A stretch of DNA of 64,000 nucleotides from Candidatus Iainarchaeum sp. (GTDB lineage Archaea; Iainarchaeota; Iainarchaeia; Iainarchaeales; JAAZKV01). The notes under the pieces are model-generated. The model saw only the letters and a program-made list of their open reading frames with translations. It searched no databases and was not told the origin of the DNA. The stretch covers positions 128,001 through 192,000 of the forward strand of contig JAPLVR010000006.1 in NCBI GenBank assembly GCA_026397015.1. The letters run 5' to 3'. The translations under genes were made by a program, and so were the position numbers. Shown in pieces: positions 1-8,892 of this stretch; within the stretch, counting starts at the first letter, position 1, and each line of letters starts with the position of its first letter.

Positions 1-667
1 CCTTGTAAAGAATCCTTGCGCGGTCCTGCGCGCCCCTTATTCCGAGCTCCTTAACCAAAAGATTGTGGAGCTCGCGCAACTGTTTTTCGGGCATTGTCCA
101 AAGATCAACATAATTCAGGCTTTTTGAAAAATCGAATCCCAGGCGCTTGAGAAGTTTCGATCTTGCAGCCCTTTGCTTCGGGGTCATTTTTAGCATTGCT
201 TTTATTTTTGCCGGAGAAGGGCTTATTCCCTTATAATAATCCGTCATGCTTCCCTTTGCTTCCCTTCTCAAAGAGACTGTTCTAACTTTCGTAAGCCCTC
301 TTTCGGTAACTCCAAGCTCCCCGAAAATCATCCTCCTGAGCTTCTCATTGAAAACCGGCCTTGTCGCCCTCAAATCTGCATGGAATGCATCGTAAATTCT
401 CCTCTCTGGCTGAGCAAGCCCTTGGTAACGATAATCCGAAATTTTTCGACTGACCAGCTGCCCGATTTTCTCGCGCCCAAGTTTGAGAGCGATTTTATAG
501 TTGTAATAATCGCCGAAACTTTTGAACTTTGCAGGATAGGCTCTTCCGGTTGCCTTGTTGCGTGCGCTTATTCTCCTCCGCATCCCCTTTAAAACGCGCC
601 TCTCATACGCCGCCTTTTCTTTCAGATTCATCTTGTTAATTTTTTTTGCGGGTTTTCTCGCGGGCAT
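1..667 (-). CDS. Orphan Lys/Arg-rich protein, runs off the left edge of the window
   Basis: ATG at 667 (MPARKPAKKINKMNLKEK...). I checked the frame by eye and found no stop down to base 1 (~222 codons). It is missing from the ORF track because its stop lies outside the window. Confidence 0.75.
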   Translation of the reverse strand, partial: MPARKPAKKINKMNLKEKAAYERRVLKGMRRRISARNKATGRAYPAKFKSFGDYYNYKIALKLGREKIGQLVSRKISDYRYQGLAQPERRIYDAFHADLRATRPVFNEKLRRMIFGELGVTERGLTKVRTVSLRREAKGSMTDYYKGISPSPAKIKAMLKMTPKQRAARSKLLKRLGFDFSKSLNYVDLWTMPEKQLRELHNLLVKELGIRGAQDRARILYK

Positions 668-850
668 AAAAATCACGTAACATGAAACAGGCTGCCATGC
701 AACCCTAATAATTAATTTGCGTTCCCTAAGTATTTAATACTTGCTATTCAACCAACCGTGAAACGGCCAAAAGTGGAATAGGGCGGTTTTCCCGAACCCG
801 AAAGATTTTTTAACTTCAAGGGGCAGGTCTTGTATAAAGAGGGTGGTAAC

Positions 851-1768
851 GTGCCGATAATTAGGTTTCGCGAGCCGCGAATGAAGAAAGAAGTAAAAAT
901 GGGCTTTGCCCAAAGGCTAAGATGCGGAACAAAAGCAATGATGACCAACCTCCACGTGAGAATGACCAAAAAAACCCCTGCAATAAAATTTTACACGTCA
1001 AAAAACCTCCCGAGAAACACAAGGGTCTGCGTTTTTGGGCCGCACCCTGACGACGCGGCAATAAGCCTCGGCGGAACGCTCCACATGCTTACAAGGCCAC
1101 ACGAGAAAAATAACGTTTTTTCATTTGCGCTTACCAGCGGACACAGGGGGGTTGGAAACCACCACGACCCGAAAATAAACAGGCGGCTTACGCCAAAAAT
1201 CAGGGCATACATAAGGAAGAGGGAAACCCGCGCGGCAGACAAAATAATCGGGATAAAAACAAATTTCCTCGACATGGATTTTTACGAAAAAGGGAAGATT
1301 ACCGCGCTCGACATGAAAAAAGCCGAAGAGGCGCTGCAAGCCGTAAAACCGAAAATAATCTTCATGCCTGCGCACGGCGACATAAAACAGGAAACACACC
1401 AATTTTCCCACGAACTGCTGAAAAGGGCAATAAACAATTACGTGAGAAAAACCGGCGAACCTTTGGAAATATGGTTTTATGAAACGCCCTACTACAGCCT
1501 TTCTCCAAGAATGCTGAATGTGGAAGTGGAGCTTGCCGAGAAAAGCAACAGCGCGAAAATTGCCTCACTTGGAAAACTTAAAAGCCAGACCGCAAGAACC
1601 AATCTTGAAGCCGAAGAAAGGCTTGGCGATGCGAGGAAGGGAATAGTTGAACAGGAACTAAAGCACAACGGAAACAGGAAAATTCTCACAAAAATAAGCC
1701 CTGTTGCAAATTTTTCAAGGTGCGCGGTAAGAAGGAGGCTCTTCGGAGTCAGCTGGAAACTATTATAA
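851..1768 (+). CDS. PIG-L/LmbE family deacetylase with basic N-terminal extension
   Basis: GPHPDD metal motif, RxxE (RKRE) and later ETH. A GTG at 851 is preceded by an SD-like GGTGG; ATG 881 and ATG 899 are alternative starts. Confidence 0.8.
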   Translation: MPIIRFREPRMKKEVKMGFAQRLRCGTKAMMTNLHVRMTKKTPAIKFYTSKNLPRNTRVCVFGPHPDDAAISLGGTLHMLTRPHEKNNVFSFALTSGHRGVGNHHDPKINRRLTPKIRAYIRKRETRAADKIIGIKTNFLDMDFYEKGKITALDMKKAEEALQAVKPKIIFMPAHGDIKQETHQFSHELLKRAINNYVRKTGEPLEIWFYETPYYSLSPRMLNVEVELAEKSNSAKIASLGKLKSQTARTNLEAEERLGDARKGIVEQELKHNGNRKILTKISPVANFSRCAVRRRLFGVSWKLL

Positions 1769-1828
1769 TCAAATATTTTTTTAATTATTTAAAATTTAAA
1801 AAGACAAGAATGAAAAGGCACGGTAAAA

Positions 1829-2692
1829 ATGCCAAAAAAAAATCCCATAGTTGAAAGGATACGGAAGCTCAGGATGCTCCACAAGACAAACGAAAAAAGG
1901 CCGGACTTTTACGGGCTGGGCCTGTTCCACGGAAGCGGAAAGGAGCTCTCGCAAATGAGGATTGCCGCCGCGCAGAAAAGGCTCGCGGCAGCAAACATAA
2001 AACCAAAAGTGACAGCAAGGCTCCTTGCAAAAATTGCAAGGGAAACGAAAAAGATGGGCTGGCACGAAAAGGAACTCAATGAACTTGTGCAGGCAAAACA
2101 AAAGTACATAGACAACCGCCTCTATCCAGAAAAGCTGGCGAAGCAGACATCGCAGAGAATAAAAAAAATCCATGAAAAAATGATGCTGGCGGAGAACACA
2201 ATAAAAAAAACACAGGCGCACATTGACAGGATACGCGCAAAAAAAGACAAAAGATACGACAGAAAAATATTCGCGCTTGAAGCGAAAAAATACCGGAAAA
2301 AAATGTTCAGCCTCATGAGGCGGCAGGCGCTTTACAGGCTTGCCGGCAAGGGCAAGGAAAGGTACAAATCGTTTGAACTTGAAATACTCGAGCAGGAAAA
2401 AGCCTACAGGATGTACCTGAAAATGGCAAAAATCAGGGAAAAATTTGACATTTTTGAGGCGAGGGAAAAAAAATTCGACAGGATGAACGGAAAACAAAAA
2501 ATTTCCCACCTGCAGAACGAGATAAACTATTTGAAACAATCAATAAGGCTCACCAGCGAGAACCCCTGGCTGGTCGCCGAAAAAATCGGGGGCAAAGCCG
2601 GGCACTTCACTGACATGCAGCTTGACATACTGAATGAAAAAATGGAGCTTCTCAAAAAGCTTCAAAACGCGGTCTCCGAAAAGCCCAAATAA
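1829..2692 (+). CDS. Orphan basic coiled-coil protein
   Basis: 287-aa ORF, K/R-rich and helical, starts MPKKNP; no recognisable motif. Confidence 0.7.
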   Translation: MPKKNPIVERIRKLRMLHKTNEKRPDFYGLGLFHGSGKELSQMRIAAAQKRLAAANIKPKVTARLLAKIARETKKMGWHEKELNELVQAKQKYIDNRLYPEKLAKQTSQRIKKIHEKMMLAENTIKKTQAHIDRIRAKKDKRYDRKIFALEAKKYRKKMFSLMRRQALYRLAGKGKERYKSFELEILEQEKAYRMYLKMAKIREKFDIFEAREKKFDRMNGKQKISHLQNEINYLKQSIRLTSENPWLVAEKIGGKAGHFTDMQLDILNEKMELLKKLQNAVSEKPK

Positions 2693-2734
2693 ATGGTTTT
2701 TTAAACACAAAAAACCTTACTCATATCGGTAAAA

Positions 2735-3865
2735 ATGTTTCAGGAAGCCGCAATAATTGTCTCAATTGCAGGGCTGATTGGCGCCACCTACACCGACTTA
2801 AAAGAAAGAATAGTTCCAAACAAGCTTAACTACGGCCTGGGTGCAGCAGGGCTCGCAATTTACAGCGCGCAAAGCCTATTCGAAGCGAGCTGGAATCCGA
2901 TATTTTATTCAATAATCGGATTGGCAACGGGTTTCGCATTCGGATGGCTTCTCTGGAAGCTCGGCGTCTTCGCCGGCGGGGACGTCAAACTATTTGCCGG
3001 ACTCGGCGCGCTCAACCCCCTGACTCCGGCGCTTGCGCAAACCATCAACCTATTTAACGTGCTTCCAAAATTTTACTCGCTTGGCCTTTTCTTTTTTCCA
3101 ATAACGCTTTTCATTTATTCCCTCATTTCTTTCCTCCCGTACGGACTGGTGGTCATCTTTTTCAAACTCTCAAAAAACAAGCCGTTTCAGAAAAAGCTTG
3201 CAAAGGAAGTGGCCATGCGGGCGAAGCAAGCCGCACATTTTTCGCTCTTTGCAGCGGCCGCATACACGCTGATTTACCAAATGACCCCAAACCCCCTCCT
3301 TGCACTTGTCGCAGTAATCGCGTGGGGGCTGCTCGGAAAGCACAAAAAATTTGCAACCATTCTCGCGCTTCTTTGGGCGCTTGCGGTGAATTATTCGATG
3401 CTTATTCAAAACGTCATAACACTAATTATTATTTCGATAATCGGCTATGGAACGGTAAAACTGCTTTTTTCGCTTAGGGCGCTCCTTTCAAAGAAGGTTG
3501 CCGTTGCAAAACTTGAAGAGGGGATGATCCCCGCAAACAGTTTTTTATACAGCGGAAAAAAAATTGTTATGGTTGAACCAATTTCTATTGAACAAATAAT
3601 TAGATATGCAAAAGAAAAAAAACTAGTTGAAATGCTGCGCGGATTAACGGGCGAGACGAAAGAAATAATTTCATCGAAAAAAGCCAGGGGCATGACACTC
3701 GAAGAAATACACCTGGTGAAAAAACTTGCGAAAGAAGGAAGAATGCCCCGAAAAATTACGGTGAAGGACTCGATGCCTTTCGTACCGACAATGCTAATCG
3801 GCTACTTCATCTGTCTTCTAATCGGAGATTTTTTTCTGATGGCATTTGTTGGGGGCATCTTATGA
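2735..3865 (+). CDS. Prepilin peptidase, A24 family (EppA/PibD-like)
   Basis: Catalytic Asp motifs TDLKERIVPN and GGDVKL, C-terminal MPFVP, multiple TM segments, adjacent to pilin-like genes. Confidence 0.9.
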   Translation: MFQEAAIIVSIAGLIGATYTDLKERIVPNKLNYGLGAAGLAIYSAQSLFEASWNPIFYSIIGLATGFAFGWLLWKLGVFAGGDVKLFAGLGALNPLTPALAQTINLFNVLPKFYSLGLFFFPITLFIYSLISFLPYGLVVIFFKLSKNKPFQKKLAKEVAMRAKQAAHFSLFAAAAYTLIYQMTPNPLLALVAVIAWGLLGKHKKFATILALLWALAVNYSMLIQNVITLIIISIIGYGTVKLLFSLRALLSKKVAVAKLEEGMIPANSFLYSGKKIVMVEPISIEQIIRYAKEKKLVEMLRGLTGETKEIISSKKARGMTLEEIHLVKKLAKEGRMPRKITVKDSMPFVPTMLIGYFICLLIGDFFLMAFVGGIL

Positions 3866-4323
3866 AAAAAGGGCAGGCATCAATAGAATTTGTAATAATT
3901 GTTTTCATAGTTATTCTTTTTGTTTTTACAACCACTAAACCACTGCTCGAAAACGCAAAAGGACTTACAGAAGACATCGCAACAATCACAAGGGCAAATA
4001 ATGAGACGAAAAAACTTGGAAACACAGTTATGGAAATTTCGATGCTTGGCGCGGGCTCAAAAAAAACAATCGAACTGAATGTGCCGAAAAATGCAGTGGT
4101 CCACTGCTATCAGGACAGAAATATCGGCTTCACGGTTGAACTGCAAGTGCCTCCATATCCAGAGGACTGCAACAACGGAATATGTGACAAAAATATAATC
4201 ACTGCGAAGTCATTCAACGGAACATCACCGGTTGACTGTAACTCGGAGTTGGTGAACATAAGGGGCCAAAGGACAATTGAAGTTAAAAAAATTGAGGGCA
4301 CACAAAATATATCCATAAAATAA
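3862..4323 (+). CDS. Type IV pilin-like protein (class III signal peptide)
   Basis: MKKG/QASIEF followed by a hydrophobic helix; ATGA overlap with the peptidase. Confidence 0.85.
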   Translation: MKKGQASIEFVIIVFIVILFVFTTTKPLLENAKGLTEDIATITRANNETKKLGNTVMEISMLGAGSKKTIELNVPKNAVVHCYQDRNIGFTVELQVPPYPEDCNNGICDKNIITAKSFNGTSPVDCNSELVNIRGQRTIEVKKIEGTQNISIK

Positions 4324-4343
4324 TTTTCAACGGGGCAACCAGA

Positions 4344-4688
4344 ATGAGACAAACCGGGCAGGTGAGTTTTGAGGCTTTGATAATTTTGCTGGTGGTAATA
4401 AGCTCCGCCATTTTCATAACAACTCTTTACCTGCAAACCCACGACATCACTGTTGCAACGGCAATATGCAGAAACGATTTGCTGCAGCAAATCAATTCAT
4501 TTGAGGGGCAGACAACTCTGGAAAGCATAAGGGTGACTGTAAATGCTGCAAAAGTTGCGACAATAAATGTCAAAACGACGCCTGATAATATTGACATAAA
4601 CAATTTTAAAAATTCAAAGATACAGGAAACAATCTCAAAAATAAAAAGCAATACCTCCTTCAGCGACGTGGAAATAACAATAAACTAA
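4344..4688 (+). CDS. Type IV pilin-like protein (class III signal peptide)
   Basis: MRQTG/QVSFEA followed by a hydrophobic helix. Confidence 0.8.
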   Translation: MRQTGQVSFEALIILLVVISSAIFITTLYLQTHDITVATAICRNDLLQQINSFEGQTTLESIRVTVNAAKVATINVKTTPDNIDINNFKNSKIQETISKIKSNTSFSDVEITIN

Positions 4689-4778
4689 AAAACGCGGCCG
4701 TTTTGAATTGCCGATTGATTTTCGTTGCTCGACGAAAAAAACGCTTTCTTTTTATTTGCCCAAAAAACATTTTTTCTG

Positions 4779-5114
4779 ATGAACGAAAAAATGCTCGCGC
4801 GAATCTGCCTTGCAATAACTATAATCGGAATGCTCCTGATGCTTGTTTTTTACAGCCCTGACTTTGGTGAAAAAAGCGTCTCCGAAATATTTTCAATGGA
4901 GGATGAAACAAACGGCCTTTTTTCCGGAAGAATAGATTATGTGATAAAAAATGAGCCTTCGACCAACTTCATCCTGAACGACGGAAATACCACCCTTGTT
5001 TATTACCCAAAAAAAACCGATTTGAAAAAGAATGATTTTGTAAAAGTTTATGCGACGAAAAAGACTCTAAACGGAAAAATCGAGCTTTATGCGCACAAAG
5101 TGGTCAGAGAATGA
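4779..5114 (+). CDS. Membrane-anchored OB-fold protein
   Basis: N-terminal TM followed by a beta-rich domain (FSGRIDYV...FILNDG...VKVYA...IELYA) with an OB-fold-like pattern. Confidence 0.65.
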   Translation: MNEKMLARICLAITIIGMLLMLVFYSPDFGEKSVSEIFSMEDETNGLFSGRIDYVIKNEPSTNFILNDGNTTLVYYPKKTDLKKNDFVKVYATKKTLNGKIELYAHKVVRE

Positions 5115-6274
5115 TTTTTTTCTACTGCATTCTCGGCATAATAGCGGGAATAATCGCAGGGTTAATCCCTGGTTTGCACACGAACAATATTTCAATACTG
5201 GCGCTTGCAAGCCCCCTTTTTGGAACGGAATTTGCCGCTTTTATTTTAAGTATGTGCGCCGTACAAACTTTTGTCGATTTTATTCCTGCAATTTTTATCG
5301 GGGCACCCGATAGCGATACCTTCGAAGGAGTCCTGCCCGGACACACGATGCTGCTTGAAGGAAAAGGAATGAACGCAATCTGCCACACGGTTTTTGGCGG
5401 AATAGTTTCACTTGTAATCGGAGCGCTTTTGACTCCCTTTTTCTTCCTATTCATCGTGCAGAACAGCGACAACATAATAACTGTAACTCCAATCATTCTT
5501 GCATTTTCGCTTTTAATGTTTGTTTTAGGAGAGGATACCAAAAATAAAAAATTATTCTGCTTATTTGCAATAATCTGCGCCGGCACTCAGGGATTTCTAT
5601 TCAAGAATCAGATATATCCGCTCATAACGGGCTACTTCGGGGTGCCTGCAATCGCATATGCCCTGGAAAAACAGCACAAACAGATAAATCAATCCGAAGA
5701 AGTTGAAATAAAAAATGAAAATATTTTTGATGGGCTTCTTGGAATGGCAGGGGGCTCAATGGTCGCGCTGATGCCCGGAATCGGAAGCAACGTGGCGGCA
5801 GGAATAATAAGACTATTTACAAAAAAAATAAAACGCGAAAATTATCTGACATTGATTGGAAGCATCAATGCTGCAAATTTCTTCTTTTCATATGCAGTGC
5901 TTTTTGCGCTTTCAAAAGCCAGAAACGGGGCGATGATCGTGCTAAAAGAAAAAATATTTTTCACAAACGAAACATTCCTGCTAGGCATAACAATCATGGT
6001 TTTTGCAGGGGGCATCGGGGGAATGGCGACCATTTTTTTCGCAAAAAAGGCAATCGGCTTTTTCACCGAAAAAAGGACGCTTGCGCTTTCAATCGGGGCG
6101 CTCGCCACGATGATTTTGCTTGTCGGGATATTCAACGGGGTTCCGGGTTTGATAGCGCTCGTATTTTCAAGCGCACTCGGCTTTCTGGTTCTGTTCAAAA
6201 AAATCAGGAGGAGCTGCTGCATGGCCTCGCTCATAATTCCCGCAATGTTTTTCTACACATTCATCCTAATTTAG
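5111..6274 (+). CDS. TctA/DUF112 family (tripartite tricarboxylate transporter-like) membrane protein
   Basis: GLIPGLHTN, FIPAIFIGAP, VLPGHxMLLEGKG and the second-repeat MPGIG motifs. Confidence 0.85.
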   Translation: MIFFYCILGIIAGIIAGLIPGLHTNNISILALASPLFGTEFAAFILSMCAVQTFVDFIPAIFIGAPDSDTFEGVLPGHTMLLEGKGMNAICHTVFGGIVSLVIGALLTPFFFLFIVQNSDNIITVTPIILAFSLLMFVLGEDTKNKKLFCLFAIICAGTQGFLFKNQIYPLITGYFGVPAIAYALEKQHKQINQSEEVEIKNENIFDGLLGMAGGSMVALMPGIGSNVAAGIIRLFTKKIKRENYLTLIGSINAANFFFSYAVLFALSKARNGAMIVLKEKIFFTNETFLLGITIMVFAGGIGGMATIFFAKKAIGFFTEKRTLALSIGALATMILLVGIFNGVPGLIALVFSSALGFLVLFKKIRRSCCMASLIIPAMFFYTFILI

Positions 6275-6276
6275 TG

Positions 6277-6642
6277 ATGTGGAAAATGAAAAAGAGCGTT
6301 CTTGAGGACATGCTGCTCAGCGCGAAAAATTCTTACCCGCGCGAATTTATTTCGCTTCTTGGTGGGGATTTGCAGGGGAAAAAAATAAGCGAATTTGTCA
6401 TCCCGCCGGCCGAGAGCGGAGTAAACTTTAGCTCGGTAAATCTTTATGCGATTCCAATTGATGAAACCATAATAGGAAGCATCCATTCACATCCGGGCAA
6501 TTCGGCTCTTCCAAGCACTGCTGATAAAAAATTTTTTTCGAGATTTCTTATGAACGCGATAGTCTGCCTTCCATTTGGCGAAGAAAACGTTGCTTTCTAT
6601 GATTCCACCGGGAAAAAAATAAGAGTTGAAATTGTTGAATAG
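6277..6642 (+). CDS. JAMM/MPN+ metalloprotease
   Basis: YPRE plus HSHP-x5-PS-x2-D zinc motif. Confidence 0.9.
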   Translation: MWKMKKSVLEDMLLSAKNSYPREFISLLGGDLQGKKISEFVIPPAESGVNFSSVNLYAIPIDETIIGSIHSHPGNSALPSTADKKFFSRFLMNAIVCLPFGEENVAFYDSTGKKIRVEIVE

Positions 6643-6676
6643 TAAGGTTAAAAAAAGCGAAAAGCGTTATTCTTTC

Positions 6677-7102
6677 ATGAAATCCGGACAGATAAGCCTA
6701 GACTTTATGATCGCCGCGCTGATTGCGGTAATAACAATCGGCTCATTTTTGGCTGTCGTGGACAATTTCAGAAACGATTATGAAAAAATGTTCGTGGAAA
6801 ACCAGCTGAAAAAAATCGCGTCTGAAATAGGCTCATTCGCGACAAGTACACAATCAATGGAAGACACCCGTTTCACGACGGAAATGCGCCTCCCAAAAGT
6901 ACAATACAAGGGCAGCACGATGCTTCCGGAAATAAATTTTTATGACGGGCGGGTGGATGTAAATGTAATAATAAACATCGCGTCTTCAGGCGGGCCAAAA
7001 AGTGAAAACATCGGCGCAACGGCTTTTTTCTCGCTCCCGATCGGCGCAAGAATTGACACCAACCAGGACATGTACCAGTGGGTGATTGTAACAAATGAAT
7101 AG
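6677..7102 (+). CDS. Pilin-like protein (class III signal peptide)
   Basis: MKSG/QISLDF followed by a hydrophobic helix; start moved to ATG 6677. Confidence 0.8.
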   Translation: MKSGQISLDFMIAALIAVITIGSFLAVVDNFRNDYEKMFVENQLKKIASEIGSFATSTQSMEDTRFTTEMRLPKVQYKGSTMLPEINFYDGRVDVNVIINIASSGGPKSENIGATAFFSLPIGARIDTNQDMYQWVIVTNE

Positions 7103-8165
7103 GGGGCAAATAACCACAATCGATTTCATTCTTGCGGCAGGGATTGCAATATTCTGTATCGGCGCCCTAATGAGTTTTGCAGAGCTTAAAACTTATGAAA
7201 TAAAAGAAAACATCGGGGCGAAAATTTTGGAGGAAAAGGCAGGTGCTGCAGTGGCGGTCCTCGCAAGCGGAGCAAAATTCGGCTGCCAGAAAGGAGATTA
7301 TAATTTGGCTTATTCGATAGACATGAACAAAATCCGCTTACTGAGTAAAAATGACCTAAAAAGAATTCTCGGCATTGGGCCAAATGAGGATTACAACATA
7401 AATATGAAAATTGGGGGGGCACCAATAATTGATGAGGCGCCGAACGGAAGAAATATTTTTTCAGTTGATTTGAATCTGCTTGGCTGCAACGATTCAAGCG
7501 TGGGCGGGCCAATCGGATTGTGGCATTTGAATGATAACCTATATGATTCGAGCGGCAACAACCAGACATTACAAAATTTCGGGGCAGCTTGGGATTATGG
7601 GAAAGATGGCAATGCACTAAAATTTGACGGGTTGGATGATAATGTTGGCATTAGTGGAGCGGGCAGCATTTCTGGCGCGAGAACTATTATTGCGTGGGTA
7701 AAGCCAAATTTCAACACTGGTAATGGGCTTCCTGTTATAACAGGCGGGGCTTCAGGAGCAGGAGACTTTTTTGGAATAGCAGGAACTTCTGGAGGGTGCA
7801 ATGTTGGTCAGTATGAATTATATATTGATCATTGGGGTTATGCCTGCTACGATAGTAATATTAAAGTTTTAACCGGTGTCTGGAATCAAGTTGCATTAGT
7901 TTACACAGGTTCAAGCATTACATTTTATGTAAACGAGGTGGCGGGTAACACTCTGCCAAACCAGTTGTACGATTATGGGATTAACACATACACCATTGGA
8001 GGAAATATAATTGGTGGGACCACAACAAAAGGATCATTTAATGGTTTAATTGATGAGGTTGCAATCTGGAACAGAACTTTGAGCGCGGATGAAATTCGCG
8101 CGCTTTATCTTACTGGGCTTTATAATGTTAAAAGAGAAAAGGCAACATTGAAGGTGAGCAAATGA
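7095..8165 (+). CDS. Pilin-like protein carrying a LamG/concanavalin-like domain
   Basis: MNRG/QITTIDF signal; LamG hallmarks IGLWHLN, ALKFDG, TIIAWVKP, WNQVALVY and FNGLIDEVAIWNRTLS. Confidence 0.85.
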   Translation: MNRGQITTIDFILAAGIAIFCIGALMSFAELKTYEIKENIGAKILEEKAGAAVAVLASGAKFGCQKGDYNLAYSIDMNKIRLLSKNDLKRILGIGPNEDYNINMKIGGAPIIDEAPNGRNIFSVDLNLLGCNDSSVGGPIGLWHLNDNLYDSSGNNQTLQNFGAAWDYGKDGNALKFDGLDDNVGISGAGSISGARTIIAWVKPNFNTGNGLPVITGGASGAGDFFGIAGTSGGCNVGQYELYIDHWGYACYDSNIKVLTGVWNQVALVYTGSSITFYVNEVAGNTLPNQLYDYGINTYTIGGNIIGGTTTKGSFNGLIDEVAIWNRTLSADEIRALYLTGLYNVKREKATLKVSK

Positions 8166-8446
8166 AAAAAAAAGGGTTCATTTTTTCGATTGAGGCTTTA
8201 CTTTCAATAATAGTAACGGTGGCTGCAATTTCAATAATAGGGGGCGCACTAATAAACAGCCAAACTGCGCATGCAAACTTTTTGGAAACAAATGTTGGGA
8301 GTTCTGCTGCAATGGGCGTTTACTTCGGTGATGCGAATCGTTTAGCAGTAGGAAATGAATCAAATGTTGTGTGCAAAACAATAGCTGATTATAATTCAAC
8401 AAGCAAAAACGTTTTTGAGAGAAAATTCTGCGGGGAAATTAAATGA
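8162..8446 (+). CDS. Pilin-like protein (class III signal peptide)
   Basis: MKKKG/FIFSIEA followed by a hydrophobic helix. Confidence 0.8.
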   Translation: MKKKGFIFSIEALLSIIVTVAAISIIGGALINSQTAHANFLETNVGSSAAMGVYFGDANRLAVGNESNVVCKTIADYNSTSKNVFERKFCGEIK

Positions 8447-8835
8447 AACCACGTGGATTTGCTTCGGTAATCGCGGTACTTGCCGCTTTCGCAGCCGCAA
8501 TAATACTGCTAAACACAGGTTATCAGGAAAACGAAACAATTTCATTCAAAAACAATTTTCCTGAAACGAAACTTTTTTTGACGGCACATGCGCTTGCGCT
8601 TGAAAGGGGATTGATGCAATGCGACCCTTCTTACAGCACTGAAAAATGCGTTGCAGATTACAACCAACAAATAATTGTTTCAAGCGCGCCGCAAAACACT
8701 TCTTGCAAAACATTCGTCGAGTCTGAAGCCGACGGAAGGTCAAAAATAACACTTGACTGTATAACTCTTGTCGAGGATTCAAAGGCGATGTTATTCTGGA
8801 ATCATTTCAGAAAAATATTTTTCGTGCGCAGATAG
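8443..8835 (+). CDS. Pilin-like protein (class III signal peptide)
   Basis: MKPRG/FASVI followed by a hydrophobic helix; four Cys in the globular part. Confidence 0.7.
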   Translation: MKPRGFASVIAVLAAFAAAIILLNTGYQENETISFKNNFPETKLFLTAHALALERGLMQCDPSYSTEKCVADYNQQIIVSSAPQNTSCKTFVESEADGRSKITLDCITLVEDSKAMLFWNHFRKIFFVRR

Positions 8836-8892
8836 GGTAAACTGCGGGCATATTTTAAGGGTTTTAAAATCCTTTTCTTTCCTATTTAATTT

